53,860 bases of DNA from positions 1 to 53,860 of the forward strand of contig CAYYAA010000001.1 of assembly GCA_964469875.1 (NCBI GenBank), in the 5' to 3' direction. The first letter of the stretch is position 1, and each line of letters opens with the position of its first letter. The notes beneath the pieces are model-generated. The model searched no databases and had not been told where the DNA came from. It saw only the letters and a program-made list of their open reading frames with translations. Positions 21,239-29,686 of the stretch are shown one piece after another. The translations under genes were made by a program, and so were the position numbers. Origin of the DNA: an uncultured Bacteroides sp. GTDB taxonomy: Bacteria; Bacteroidota; Bacteroidia; Bacteroidales; Muribaculaceae.

Positions 21239-22774
21239 ATGGAAGCGTTGAAAAATATGCCGATTGGCGTGCAAGACTTTGAGAAACTGCGTAATGGAAA
21301 TTATCTTTACGTAGATAAAACTGCGTTAATATACCAATTAGTAAGTACTGGAAGTTATTACTTTTTGTCACGTCCGCGCCGTTTTGGTAAAAGTATGCTT
21401 CTGTCAACGCTCCATGCTTATTTTTCAGGTAAGAAAGAGCTCTTTGAAGGTCTCGCAATAGAAAAACTTGAGAAAGATTGGATTAAATATCCGGTGCTTC
21501 ATCTTGACTTGAATTTCGTCAATTCGCTCCAAATAGGCTCCATAAAATCCGTTCTTAACTCTATTTTTCATAATTTCGAAGAACTCTATGGTAAAAGTTC
21601 TGAGGAAGATACTTTGGCGGAACGATTTGCAGGAATTATTCATCGTGCATATAAGAAGACAGGACAGCGTGTAGTTATCCTAATTGATGAATACGATAAA
21701 GTATTGAGTGATCGAGCAAAAATCGCGGATTCTTTTGAAGAACTCAAATCAATACTAAAGCCGATTATTGATGTATTAACAACAATGGAGCAATACATCC
21801 AATTTGCTTTTATTACCGGAGTGACAAAGTTTAGCAAGCAGTTGGTTTTTGAAGATGTTGAGATTCATGATATTTCGCTAGATACTACATATTCTGCAAT
21901 ATGTGGATTTACTGATAATGAAATAACAAGTCTCCTAACAAATATTTACGAAAACTCATCATCAAATAAGTCTATTAATTCTTTTTGCGAAATTATTCAA
22001 CGTTATTACAGCGGATACAATTTCGGCATCAATGCTCTGTCTGTGTATAATCCGTTAGAAATAACCCTTGCTTATCGAAAGCAAGACGTACGATGGTATG
22101 GTGGCGATGTTGTAAATCCATTTCGCGGAAAAGCAATTACAGAAATATATGGTTCACGCATTGATAACCTTGAAAACATTTGGGTGTCATCTGATGTTTT
22201 GAATTGTTCTGGCGATAGAGATACACATATGATGTCGTTGTTCTATAGCTATGGCTATCTGTCAATAAAAGAATATGATGAACACAGACAACAATATCGC
22301 TTATATTTCCCCAACGCTGATATAGAACACTACTTTTTGTTTGAATTATTAGCAAAATACATTCATCAAAACAGAGAGTTTGCGCTATTTGTAAATCTTA
22401 CCGAAGATATAAAATCCGGAAATATCGATGATTATTTTGTGCAGTTGAAAAAGTTGTTTTCATACGCTATTGAAAATCAGCCGGATTCACTTAACTTGCA
22501 ATATGATATTATATATCTTGTCACAAAGCTAATGGGCTTTTATGTCAAGGCGGAATATCATACATCAGAAGGACGCATTGACCTTGTGTTGCAAACCGAT
22601 GCCTACACCTATGTTATGGAGTTTAAACTCGATGGCACTGCCGAGGAAGCTCTTGCGCAAATCAACGACAAAAATTACACATTACCCTTTGCCGTTGGCA
22701 ATCGCAAGCTCGTAAAGATCGGTGTCAACTTCTCATCCAAGACGCGCAATATCGAGCGTTGGATTATAGAGTAA
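21239..22774 (+). CDS. AAA-ATPase-like protein with C-terminal PD-(D/E)XK nuclease domain
   Basis: PIGVQDFE..YVDKT, RPRRFGKS (Walker A), LIDEYDK, C-terminal GRIDL..EFK..ALAQI. Confidence 0.9.
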   Translation: MEALKNMPIGVQDFEKLRNGNYLYVDKTALIYQLVSTGSYYFLSRPRRFGKSMLLSTLHAYFSGKKELFEGLAIEKLEKDWIKYPVLHLDLNFVNSLQIGSIKSVLNSIFHNFEELYGKSSEEDTLAERFAGIIHRAYKKTGQRVVILIDEYDKVLSDRAKIADSFEELKSILKPIIDVLTTMEQYIQFAFITGVTKFSKQLVFEDVEIHDISLDTTYSAICGFTDNEITSLLTNIYENSSSNKSINSFCEIIQRYYSGYNFGINALSVYNPLEITLAYRKQDVRWYGGDVVNPFRGKAITEIYGSRIDNLENIWVSSDVLNCSGDRDTHMMSLFYSYGYLSIKEYDEHRQQYRLYFPNADIEHYFLFELLAKYIHQNREFALFVNLTEDIKSGNIDDYFVQLKKLFSYAIENQPDSLNLQYDIIYLVTKLMGFYVKAEYHTSEGRIDLVLQTDAYTYVMEFKLDGTAEEALAQINDKNYTLPFAVGNRKLVKIGVNFSSKTRNIERWIIE

Positions 22775-22775
22775 C

Positions 22776-23741
22776 TTAGCATGATGCTGATACGAACTTG
22801 CCCGAGCCCGTTATATAGACCGAGGCAACCGAGGCAGGTACCAATACAGTCTCACCTTTTGTAAGATTAACAAATCCGCATGTATCGGAATAAATATTCA
22901 TATTGCCCTCAATGGCTATGACAATGAGGAATGAGTTATTTGTCTGAAGTATCCGCGGACTATTAATGATATTTTTTTTGACATTGAAGTATGGACATTT
23001 GACTATATCAGTTGCTTCACCACTATCGTCCTTAGCCATTGCAATTTTGGCATTCGTAATTGAGTATTTGATAGCATCTCGTGCTTCATCAATATGCAGT
23101 TGACGCGGCTTGCCATGCGCATCGCGACGGTTATAGTCATAGATACGATAAGTAACATCTGAAGTCTGCTGCACCTCAACAATCAAATTTCCGGCACCAA
23201 TGCCATGAACTAATCCTGCCGGTATAAAGAAGGCATCACCTGATTTTGTTGAGTAATGACTGACAACATCGAGTATATGGCCACTCCTTACCAAATCTGA
23301 GAACTCTTCTTTTTTTACCTCTTGCTGAAATCCGGCTATAAGTTCCGCTTTTGGCTCAGCTTCAATAACATACCACATCTCAGTTTTTCCTTTTGAGTTA
23401 TGGCGAATAGCTGCAAGTTCATCATTAGGATGGACTTGTAATGAAAGATTTTGTTTTGCGTCAATAATCTTAACGAGTAGCGGAAATTGGTTGCCATACA
23501 GCTTGTAATTATTTTCGCCGACCAACATACCTTTATACTTGCATATTAAATCAGAGAGTTTACAACCGTTGTCTTTACCTGAGGCAACTACTGATTCATA
23601 TCCTCTCACACCGGATATTTCCCAGCTTTCTCCTATGTTTTTTAAATCTGACTCTATATTTTTTAGCTTGCATATTTTATCACCTCCCCAAAGAACAGAT
23701 TTCAGAATAGGTTTAAATTTATAGATTTCCGGAGTTTCCAT
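22776..23741 (-). CDS. manA: Type I mannose-6-phosphate isomerase
   Basis: WGG, GESWE, FPLLVKIIDA..LSLQVHP, KTEMWY, EVQQTSDVTYRIYD; start reassigned to ATG 23741 (METPEIYKF). Confidence 0.92.
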   Translation of the reverse strand: METPEIYKFKPILKSVLWGGDKICKLKNIESDLKNIGESWEISGVRGYESVVASGKDNGCKLSDLICKYKGMLVGENNYKLYGNQFPLLVKIIDAKQNLSLQVHPNDELAAIRHNSKGKTEMWYVIEAEPKAELIAGFQQEVKKEEFSDLVRSGHILDVVSHYSTKSGDAFFIPAGLVHGIGAGNLIVEVQQTSDVTYRIYDYNRRDAHGKPRQLHIDEARDAIKYSITNAKIAMAKDDSGEATDIVKCPYFNVKKNIINSPRILQTNNSFLIVIAIEGNMNIYSDTCGFVNLTKGETVLVPASVASVYITGSGKFVSASC

Positions 23742-23763
23742 TTCATCAATTTTATTAAAGTAG

Positions 23764-24954
23764 CTATCGTTTTGCAATACGAGTAGTGTAAAAGAGCAAA
23801 TAAACGATTCCGAGCAACATAGTTGCGACAGCACCGTTTTGACTGCCAACGGCATCAGAGGCATAACCCATTGCCAAAGGGAAGATTGTGCCGCCAAACA
23901 GCCCCATAATAAGCAAACCTGACACCTCATTCTTATGTTCGGGCGCGTGGAGTACTGCTTGTGAATAAATAACAGAGAATACGTTTGCATTGCCAAGTCC
24001 AACCAAGGCGATACCGCAATAGAGTCCGGCTTTGCTTTGAACAAATAAGAGTAATATCATTGCTACAACCATTACCAAAATTGAAATAGCAAAAAATATG
24101 CGAGGGCGCATAATGCTCAATAGAAAAGACCCGACAAGACATCCTACAGTTCTGAAGATAAAGTAAACACCGGTAGCGAATGCTGCTTCTGTTAATGAAA
24201 TGCCAAGACGTTCAATAAGAATCTTTGGAGCTATCGTATTTGTTCCGACATCAATGCCAACGTGGCATGCTATACCGAGGAAACAGAATAGGATAAATGG
24301 GCGACTAAGCAATTTCAGGCAGTCAAGAACCGTAGATGCTTTCTCTTGAGGCTCCTCCTCAATCACAGTAGACCAAAGCATGGCGATAGACAGCACACAA
24401 ACAGCAGCATAAATGGGGAACAAGACTTTCCAACCGAAGCCGAATGTGCTTGACGCTGTCACCGCCCCCCATGATGCTATTATTGGTGCTAAGAACGAAG
24501 CTATTGCTTTGACAAATTGACCGAAAGTCAATGTTGATGCCAATTTATCTTCACCTATGAGATTTGTCACCAACGGGTTAAGTGATGTTTGTATCAGTGC
24601 ATTCCCTATACCAAGCAGCGAAAACGCGATGAGCATCACTGCGTAAGAGTTGCCAAATATTGGTATCAGCAACGACACAAGAGTAATTATCAAAGAACAT
24701 AAGACAGTATTTTTACGGCCTATTCTATTCATTAGCAACCCAGTAGGCACAGCAAAAATCAAGAACCAAAAGAACACCAACGATGGCAGGACATTGGCTT
24801 GAGAATCAGTCAATTCAAGGTCTTTTTGCACATAGTTGGATGCCGTGCCGACCAAATCGACAAAGCCCATAACAAAGAAGCAAAGCATCACCGGGATAAG
24901 TCCGACAAGTTCTGAACGTCTACCGACTGACAAATTATTAGTTTTTGATTGCAT
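23764..24954 (-). CDS. MFS sugar transporter (FucP/GluP-like)
   Basis: About 12 TM helices, FFVMGFVD, RIGRKN, QTSLNP; adjacent to PMI. Confidence 0.85.
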   Translation of the reverse strand: MQSKTNNLSVGRRSELVGLIPVMLCFFVMGFVDLVGTASNYVQKDLELTDSQANVLPSLVFFWFLIFAVPTGLLMNRIGRKNTVLCSLIITLVSLLIPIFGNSYAVMLIAFSLLGIGNALIQTSLNPLVTNLIGEDKLASTLTFGQFVKAIASFLAPIIASWGAVTASSTFGFGWKVLFPIYAAVCVLSIAMLWSTVIEEEPQEKASTVLDCLKLLSRPFILFCFLGIACHVGIDVGTNTIAPKILIERLGISLTEAAFATGVYFIFRTVGCLVGSFLLSIMRPRIFFAISILVMVVAMILLLFVQSKAGLYCGIALVGLGNANVFSVIYSQAVLHAPEHKNEVSGLLIMGLFGGTIFPLAMGYASDAVGSQNGAVATMLLGIVYLLFYTTRIAKR

Positions 24955-24976
24955 ATCAGATTATTTTCATTAAGGA

Positions 24977-26215
24977 TTAATTTTTAGCTAACATAGAAGT
25001 CTTTTGCTCCAAGTTTCGCAAACGCGTAAGAGCTTCGATATAATAATAATCGGCATAGACTATCGAATAGTCTATTTCAGAACCTGCGGGATGATTACCA
25101 ACAGAATGAAGCAAAAAAGCATGATTTTTTTCGCCGGACTGATAATCCGCATTACTGAGCGATTTAAGCATTCCCTCTGCTGCCTCAAGATAACGAGCAG
25201 ACTGCTCGCTATTAACATACCGACTTAGCTCTAACAATGCCGAGGCAACCACACAAGCCGCGGATGCGTCCTTTGGCGCATTAGGTATTGTCGGATCGTC
25301 AAAATCCCAATATGGAATCATATCCTTAGGCAATCGTTTTAAATAAACATCAGCTACCTTCTGAGCGAAGTCAAGAAAACGCTGTTCGTGGGTTTCACGA
25401 TAGACCATCGTGAAGCCATAGATAGCCCATGACTGACCACGCGCCCACATCGAATCATCTGAATATCCTTGATGATTGCAACCTTTGACAAACTCACCGG
25501 TCTCTTGATTGTAGATGCCGACATGATAGCATGAATAGTCCGGGCGAAATTGGTTCTGCATCGTCTTATCTGCGTGCGATACCGCGATATTATATAAGTA
25601 AGGATTACTGCCGTTTTTTGCCGCCCAAAAGAGTAGTTCAAGATTCATCATATTATCCATAATTGTATTATGTCCACCAAGCATTTCAACATTTCGTGGC
25701 CATGAACATATCGTACCGACCTTTGCATTGAACAATGTTGCCAACGAGTCAGCCGCGTTAAGAAGCACTTGGCGATACTCACTCTTACCTGTTAGTCTGT
25801 AGGCATTGCCATAGCTACAATTTACAATAAATCCCAAATCATGGTCGTAAACAGGAGCATCAACAATTTTTTTAATAGAACGTGTTGCTGCTTCAGCCTC
25901 TTTTAATATGATTGAGTCTTTAGTATTTTCATAGTCATACCACAGAATGCCGGGCCAAAAGCCTGAGCACCATTCTTCGGCACATATAGGTGTACACTGC
26001 CACTCTGTATAACCATCGCCGATATTGCGAGGCATAACATTATGATTGACCGTATTCCCTACTTTTTTGAGGCCCGCTATCGCCTCATGAAGTTGGTCGT
26101 CACAGTAATCAAGATTGACTTGCAACAAGGAACTCGTTTCCTTAGATGAGGTGCAAGATGCCAAACTTGATAAACATATCAGCGACATTGCTAAAATTTT
26201 GATTTGTTTATTCAT
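24977..26215 (-). CDS. GH88 unsaturated glucuronyl hydrolase (lipoprotein)
   Basis: WCSGFWPG, HDLGF, TIMDNMMNL, WARGQSW, KDASA, YADYYYIEAL; lipobox LASC. Confidence 0.92.
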   Translation of the reverse strand: MNKQIKILAMSLICLSSLASCTSSKETSSLLQVNLDYCDDQLHEAIAGLKKVGNTVNHNVMPRNIGDGYTEWQCTPICAEEWCSGFWPGILWYDYENTKDSIILKEAEAATRSIKKIVDAPVYDHDLGFIVNCSYGNAYRLTGKSEYRQVLLNAADSLATLFNAKVGTICSWPRNVEMLGGHNTIMDNMMNLELLFWAAKNGSNPYLYNIAVSHADKTMQNQFRPDYSCYHVGIYNQETGEFVKGCNHQGYSDDSMWARGQSWAIYGFTMVYRETHEQRFLDFAQKVADVYLKRLPKDMIPYWDFDDPTIPNAPKDASAACVVASALLELSRYVNSEQSARYLEAAEGMLKSLSNADYQSGEKNHAFLLHSVGNHPAGSEIDYSIVYADYYYIEALTRLRNLEQKTSMLAKN

Positions 26216-26274
26216 ATCAAGTGTTTTTATTTTTCAATGGTTTATGGGACTATCATATATCCAGTGATTTGACA

Positions 26275-28215
26275 TCACAATGACTGTCCTTTATACTTAT
26301 TATACTTTTTTGCTTCAGATTTTGATAGTGGCACAAAGCGTATAGCCGCACCACCTGTTGCCTTTAAATCAATTTTCATCGTCTGCTTTGAGTTTACGAC
26401 AAGATAGCGGCAAAGCACCTTGGTGGCTGTATCAACCGAGCTGTCATCAGTATAAATATTTGCTAAGTATATCTTATCGGGATTGAGGAAGTCAAGTTTA
26501 ATATCTTCACTGAAGTCTGAATCGCCTGCCATAGCAGCGACGAACCATGTTTCGCCACTGCGACGTGCCATTGTGATATTTTGTCCGGGATATCCTGACA
26601 AGACTTTGCTGTCATCAAATACAGTTACAAGATTATCAAACCATTCTATCTCAGGCTCACCATTGTATCGCTCAGGCGTGTCATACCAAAATAAGGTTAA
26701 CAACGGAGAATAGTAGACCAACGAAGCCGCCAACTGATGAGCGTGTGTCGTGTGTTTAAGACGTCTATCATAATAGCAGATTGTGTAATCAGCTGCGCCG
26801 TTAATCATTCGGGTGAACGGCAGAGTAACGTTATGTGTTGCGCTTGGCCATTCTTCGTTGCCATGAATACCCTCTTGTGTTAACAAGTTGGGATATGTGC
26901 GAGAGAATCCCGACGGGCGATATTCATCGTGGATATTCATCATTAATCTGTTGTCAGCGGCAAGTCGTACCATGTCGTGAAGCCACGTAGCCCAACGGTG
27001 TGACGCATATTCCACGAAACCGGATTTTACGCCCACTACGCCCCACTGTTTCAACAATGGGAACAGTTCACGTTGTTGCTTCATCAGTGCGTGCTGATTG
27101 ACATATAGCCAAAGCCCGACACCATGTTCGCGACCGTATTTAACAACCTTCTTCATATCCAAACGATCTATTACCTTAGTAGCATCGCCATCATGCGATG
27201 TACACGGTTCATACCATTTCCAATCAAAAAGCATATATTGGATATTGTGTGCGGCGCAGAAGTCGATAGTGCGATATGCGCCATCCATTGTTAATGTGGT
27301 TTCGCGCATAATCTTGCCGGGCTTTATCCATGAAGTGTCTTTAATAGCACACTTCGGATTTAGGTTTTGGATTATGTCGTTATGGTCAAGGAGTTGCCCC
27401 GGGGTCTCGGCGCCCATTATCACCTTCCACGGCGTTGCATAATAAGTGACTATGTCAACCGGGCTATACATCACTGAGGTCAACGTATTTTGACGACAAG
27501 AGTCTGCCACAAACTTAGTCAAGCACCAATCGTCAATATCAGCATCAAGGAGTGCACACCACGTTTTGCCATCAGGATAATCTAAAGTCAGAGCGCGTTC
27601 CACCGGTCTGATTATATCCTTTATTGGTTTATGTTCAAATGGGGCTTGTGCCCATTCCTCAGTCCAAGCCATTACACCATCGGGGAAGCTATATTCCGTG
27701 AGATCAGCTATCACTTTGTGGAATATAGCTGCCGGATGTTCCGGGAAGAAATATCTAAACGCAACGCCTTCATCATAAGCGCGAACCTCCACGTTCATAC
27801 GATAGTCTGAGCCGTCATGCTTTGATAAATATAGAGTTGCGCTGTTATAACAATCTCTAATATTAGAGCGTTCACCATACAGTGGAGTCCACAAGCTATC
27901 AACAGTTTGAAAATAAGCCACTGAATCAACTTCAAAGTTATCCATCCAGCATTTCGGCTGTTGCAATGTGCGCTTGCCGAGAGCCATTTCCCAAGTACGA
28001 TTATCTAAATCAAGTCCCATTTTGGAATTTTTCAGTAGCTCGCGACCCAAAAAGTTAACCGAATATTGTAGATATCCGACAGTATCATCCTTAACATAGT
28101 TGACCGAAATAGAGTGGACATTACCCGGCGAAGTTATATGTAAGTTTCCGTTAGCTTGCGCAACCATAGGCAGGCAGCACGTCAGAAAGAGCGGAAGTGC
28201 GTATCTATTTTGCAT
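26275..28215 (-). CDS. GH97 family glycosidase (atypical catalytic pattern)
   Basis: RAYDEGVAFRY, TPWK, SWIKPGK, IHDEYRPSG..RTYPN, TQEGIHGNE, LPFTR..GAADYT. Confidence 0.88.
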   Translation of the reverse strand: MQNRYALPLFLTCCLPMVAQANGNLHITSPGNVHSISVNYVKDDTVGYLQYSVNFLGRELLKNSKMGLDLDNRTWEMALGKRTLQQPKCWMDNFEVDSVAYFQTVDSLWTPLYGERSNIRDCYNSATLYLSKHDGSDYRMNVEVRAYDEGVAFRYFFPEHPAAIFHKVIADLTEYSFPDGVMAWTEEWAQAPFEHKPIKDIIRPVERALTLDYPDGKTWCALLDADIDDWCLTKFVADSCRQNTLTSVMYSPVDIVTYYATPWKVIMGAETPGQLLDHNDIIQNLNPKCAIKDTSWIKPGKIMRETTLTMDGAYRTIDFCAAHNIQYMLFDWKWYEPCTSHDGDATKVIDRLDMKKVVKYGREHGVGLWLYVNQHALMKQQRELFPLLKQWGVVGVKSGFVEYASHRWATWLHDMVRLAADNRLMMNIHDEYRPSGFSRTYPNLLTQEGIHGNEEWPSATHNVTLPFTRMINGAADYTICYYDRRLKHTTHAHQLAASLVYYSPLLTLFWYDTPERYNGEPEIEWFDNLVTVFDDSKVLSGYPGQNITMARRSGETWFVAAMAGDSDFSEDIKLDFLNPDKIYLANIYTDDSSVDTATKVLCRYLVVNSKQTMKIDLKATGGAAIRFVPLSKSEAKKYNKYKGQSL

Positions 28216-28241
28216 ACTTTATTGATTTTAATGTACTTCAT

Positions 28242-28270
28242 AATACGAACAAACGTGCCTCATTACTCAA
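28242..28270 (-). promoter_or_regulatory. Putative ECF-sigma promoter ahead of GH97-GH88-MFS-PMI
   Basis: Minus strand TTGAGTA-atgaggcacgtttgtt(16 nt)-CGTATT. Confidence 0.7.
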
Positions 28271-28330
28271 TGAGACACGTCAATATTTGTACGATCTATA
28301 TGTTTCAATTATTATGTCATCGCAATTGGC

Positions 28331-29536
28331 TTATTCGTTTTTAACTCTGACATTCAACTCTTGAATGGCTGTTTTATAAGTATCATCGCCATCTGCTTCT
28401 ATTGACAATGTTATGCCAGACCACTGTCGTTTAGGATCCTTACCAAAATAATCATGGTCAAAGCGGAATGAATATTCGCCTATTTGGATAACCGGGCCTG
28501 AAATTACAACGATACGAGGCTTGACCGATGCGTGATTTTTGGATAGCTCAGTATGTTCAGCATTGACAAAAACAGGCTCTAAGGTAAATTCTTGTTGCTC
28601 TAATGATGCATTTAGTTTGATATGCGATTGAGCATTGTATGGTATCAATTCGCCATTTATGCGAGCAGAGACATACTGCATACGCTTGCCACAGCCGGCT
28701 TTGTACCTGGCACGGGTAAGGTTTGCCATTTCACTATCTTGATACCAAAATTGGTCATGTGAGTCGGTACTTTCAAATCCGTCTTCGCTCCAGCGCGAAT
28801 AATATACGCCATCTGTCGGGCGCGGATTTTGTAATGCTTTTTCGATAAACTTGGCAATATAATCTTGTGTTTCCTCTGCCATATCGAAGTGACCACGTTG
28901 AGCATCGCAGAGGAAGGAAATTTTGCTATCAGGGTACATCATGCGAAAGGCTAAAGCGGGGCGCACACGAGCCTCCCACCATTCATATTCACCTTCAATC
29001 ATCAGGCCGGGAATATTGTCTATATTGCGAGTACGTCCCCATTCGATGTTGGCGCGACCATAGCCACAGAGGTTAGTGCGCGGGGCATCGCCATGAAATG
29101 AGATGATGCAGAGTGTTCTGTCGGGATTCCATGCTGCGAAATTCCAAGGGAAAGTTGCTTGCGCAGAATGTCCAAATGGGATAATAGGTACTTTAGCAAT
29201 TTCGGGATGCTCACTGCCGCCTGCAAGTGCTGTCATAATGCTGTCAAAACGTTCTTGGCATCCATCGTTCACGTCCCAATTTTGAGAACCTCGTTGTACA
29301 AAAATCATCGCTACACCGAGGCTGTCCATCTTGTGGCAGAATTTATTACTGCGAAATAGGACTTCCTCAGTCATGTTTTGATGGCAATAAAGTGCTGCTT
29401 TCACTTCTTTACACCCGTGAGGCAACCGTAGGTAAGCACGTTGTCCCTCTTGGCCGTATGTACAATCAAACTTAACTTGCCCTATTGCTGTTAAAACGCA
29501 TACAAATAGAGCTATTGATGCCAGTATATGCTTCAT
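28331..29536 (-). CDS. Exported alpha/beta-hydrolase-like protein, possible carbohydrate esterase
   Basis: Signal peptide; IPFGHSAQA nucleophile-elbow-like motif, then GEYE and RGHF. Confidence 0.55.
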   Translation of the reverse strand: MKHILASIALFVCVLTAIGQVKFDCTYGQEGQRAYLRLPHGCKEVKAALYCHQNMTEEVLFRSNKFCHKMDSLGVAMIFVQRGSQNWDVNDGCQERFDSIMTALAGGSEHPEIAKVPIIPFGHSAQATFPWNFAAWNPDRTLCIISFHGDAPRTNLCGYGRANIEWGRTRNIDNIPGLMIEGEYEWWEARVRPALAFRMMYPDSKISFLCDAQRGHFDMAEETQDYIAKFIEKALQNPRPTDGVYYSRWSEDGFESTDSHDQFWYQDSEMANLTRARYKAGCGKRMQYVSARINGELIPYNAQSHIKLNASLEQQEFTLEPVFVNAEHTELSKNHASVKPRIVVISGPVIQIGEYSFRFDHDYFGKDPKRQWSGITLSIEADGDDTYKTAIQELNVRVKNE

Positions 29537-29584
29537 AATTGAAAATAATTAACGTTATAGCGTGTATTAATTCTATAATTGAAA

Positions 29585-29613
29585 CATACGATTAAGATTG
29601 TAAAAGTACTTAC
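29585..29613 (-). promoter_or_regulatory. Near-consensus ECF-type promoter ahead of the putative esterase
   Basis: Minus strand TAAGTA-16 nt-CGTATG. Confidence 0.45.
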
Positions 29614-29686
29614 TTGCAGTTCTATATATGGTTAAATATTATTAATGTAATACCAATTTGGTTACCATATTGGTGCTATTTTGGAT

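Noticed and set aside
23742-24044. 101-aa N-terminal extension of PMI in the ORF track
   Set aside because: Overlaps the MFS gene in another frame; PMI homology starts at METPEIYKF (ATG 23741).
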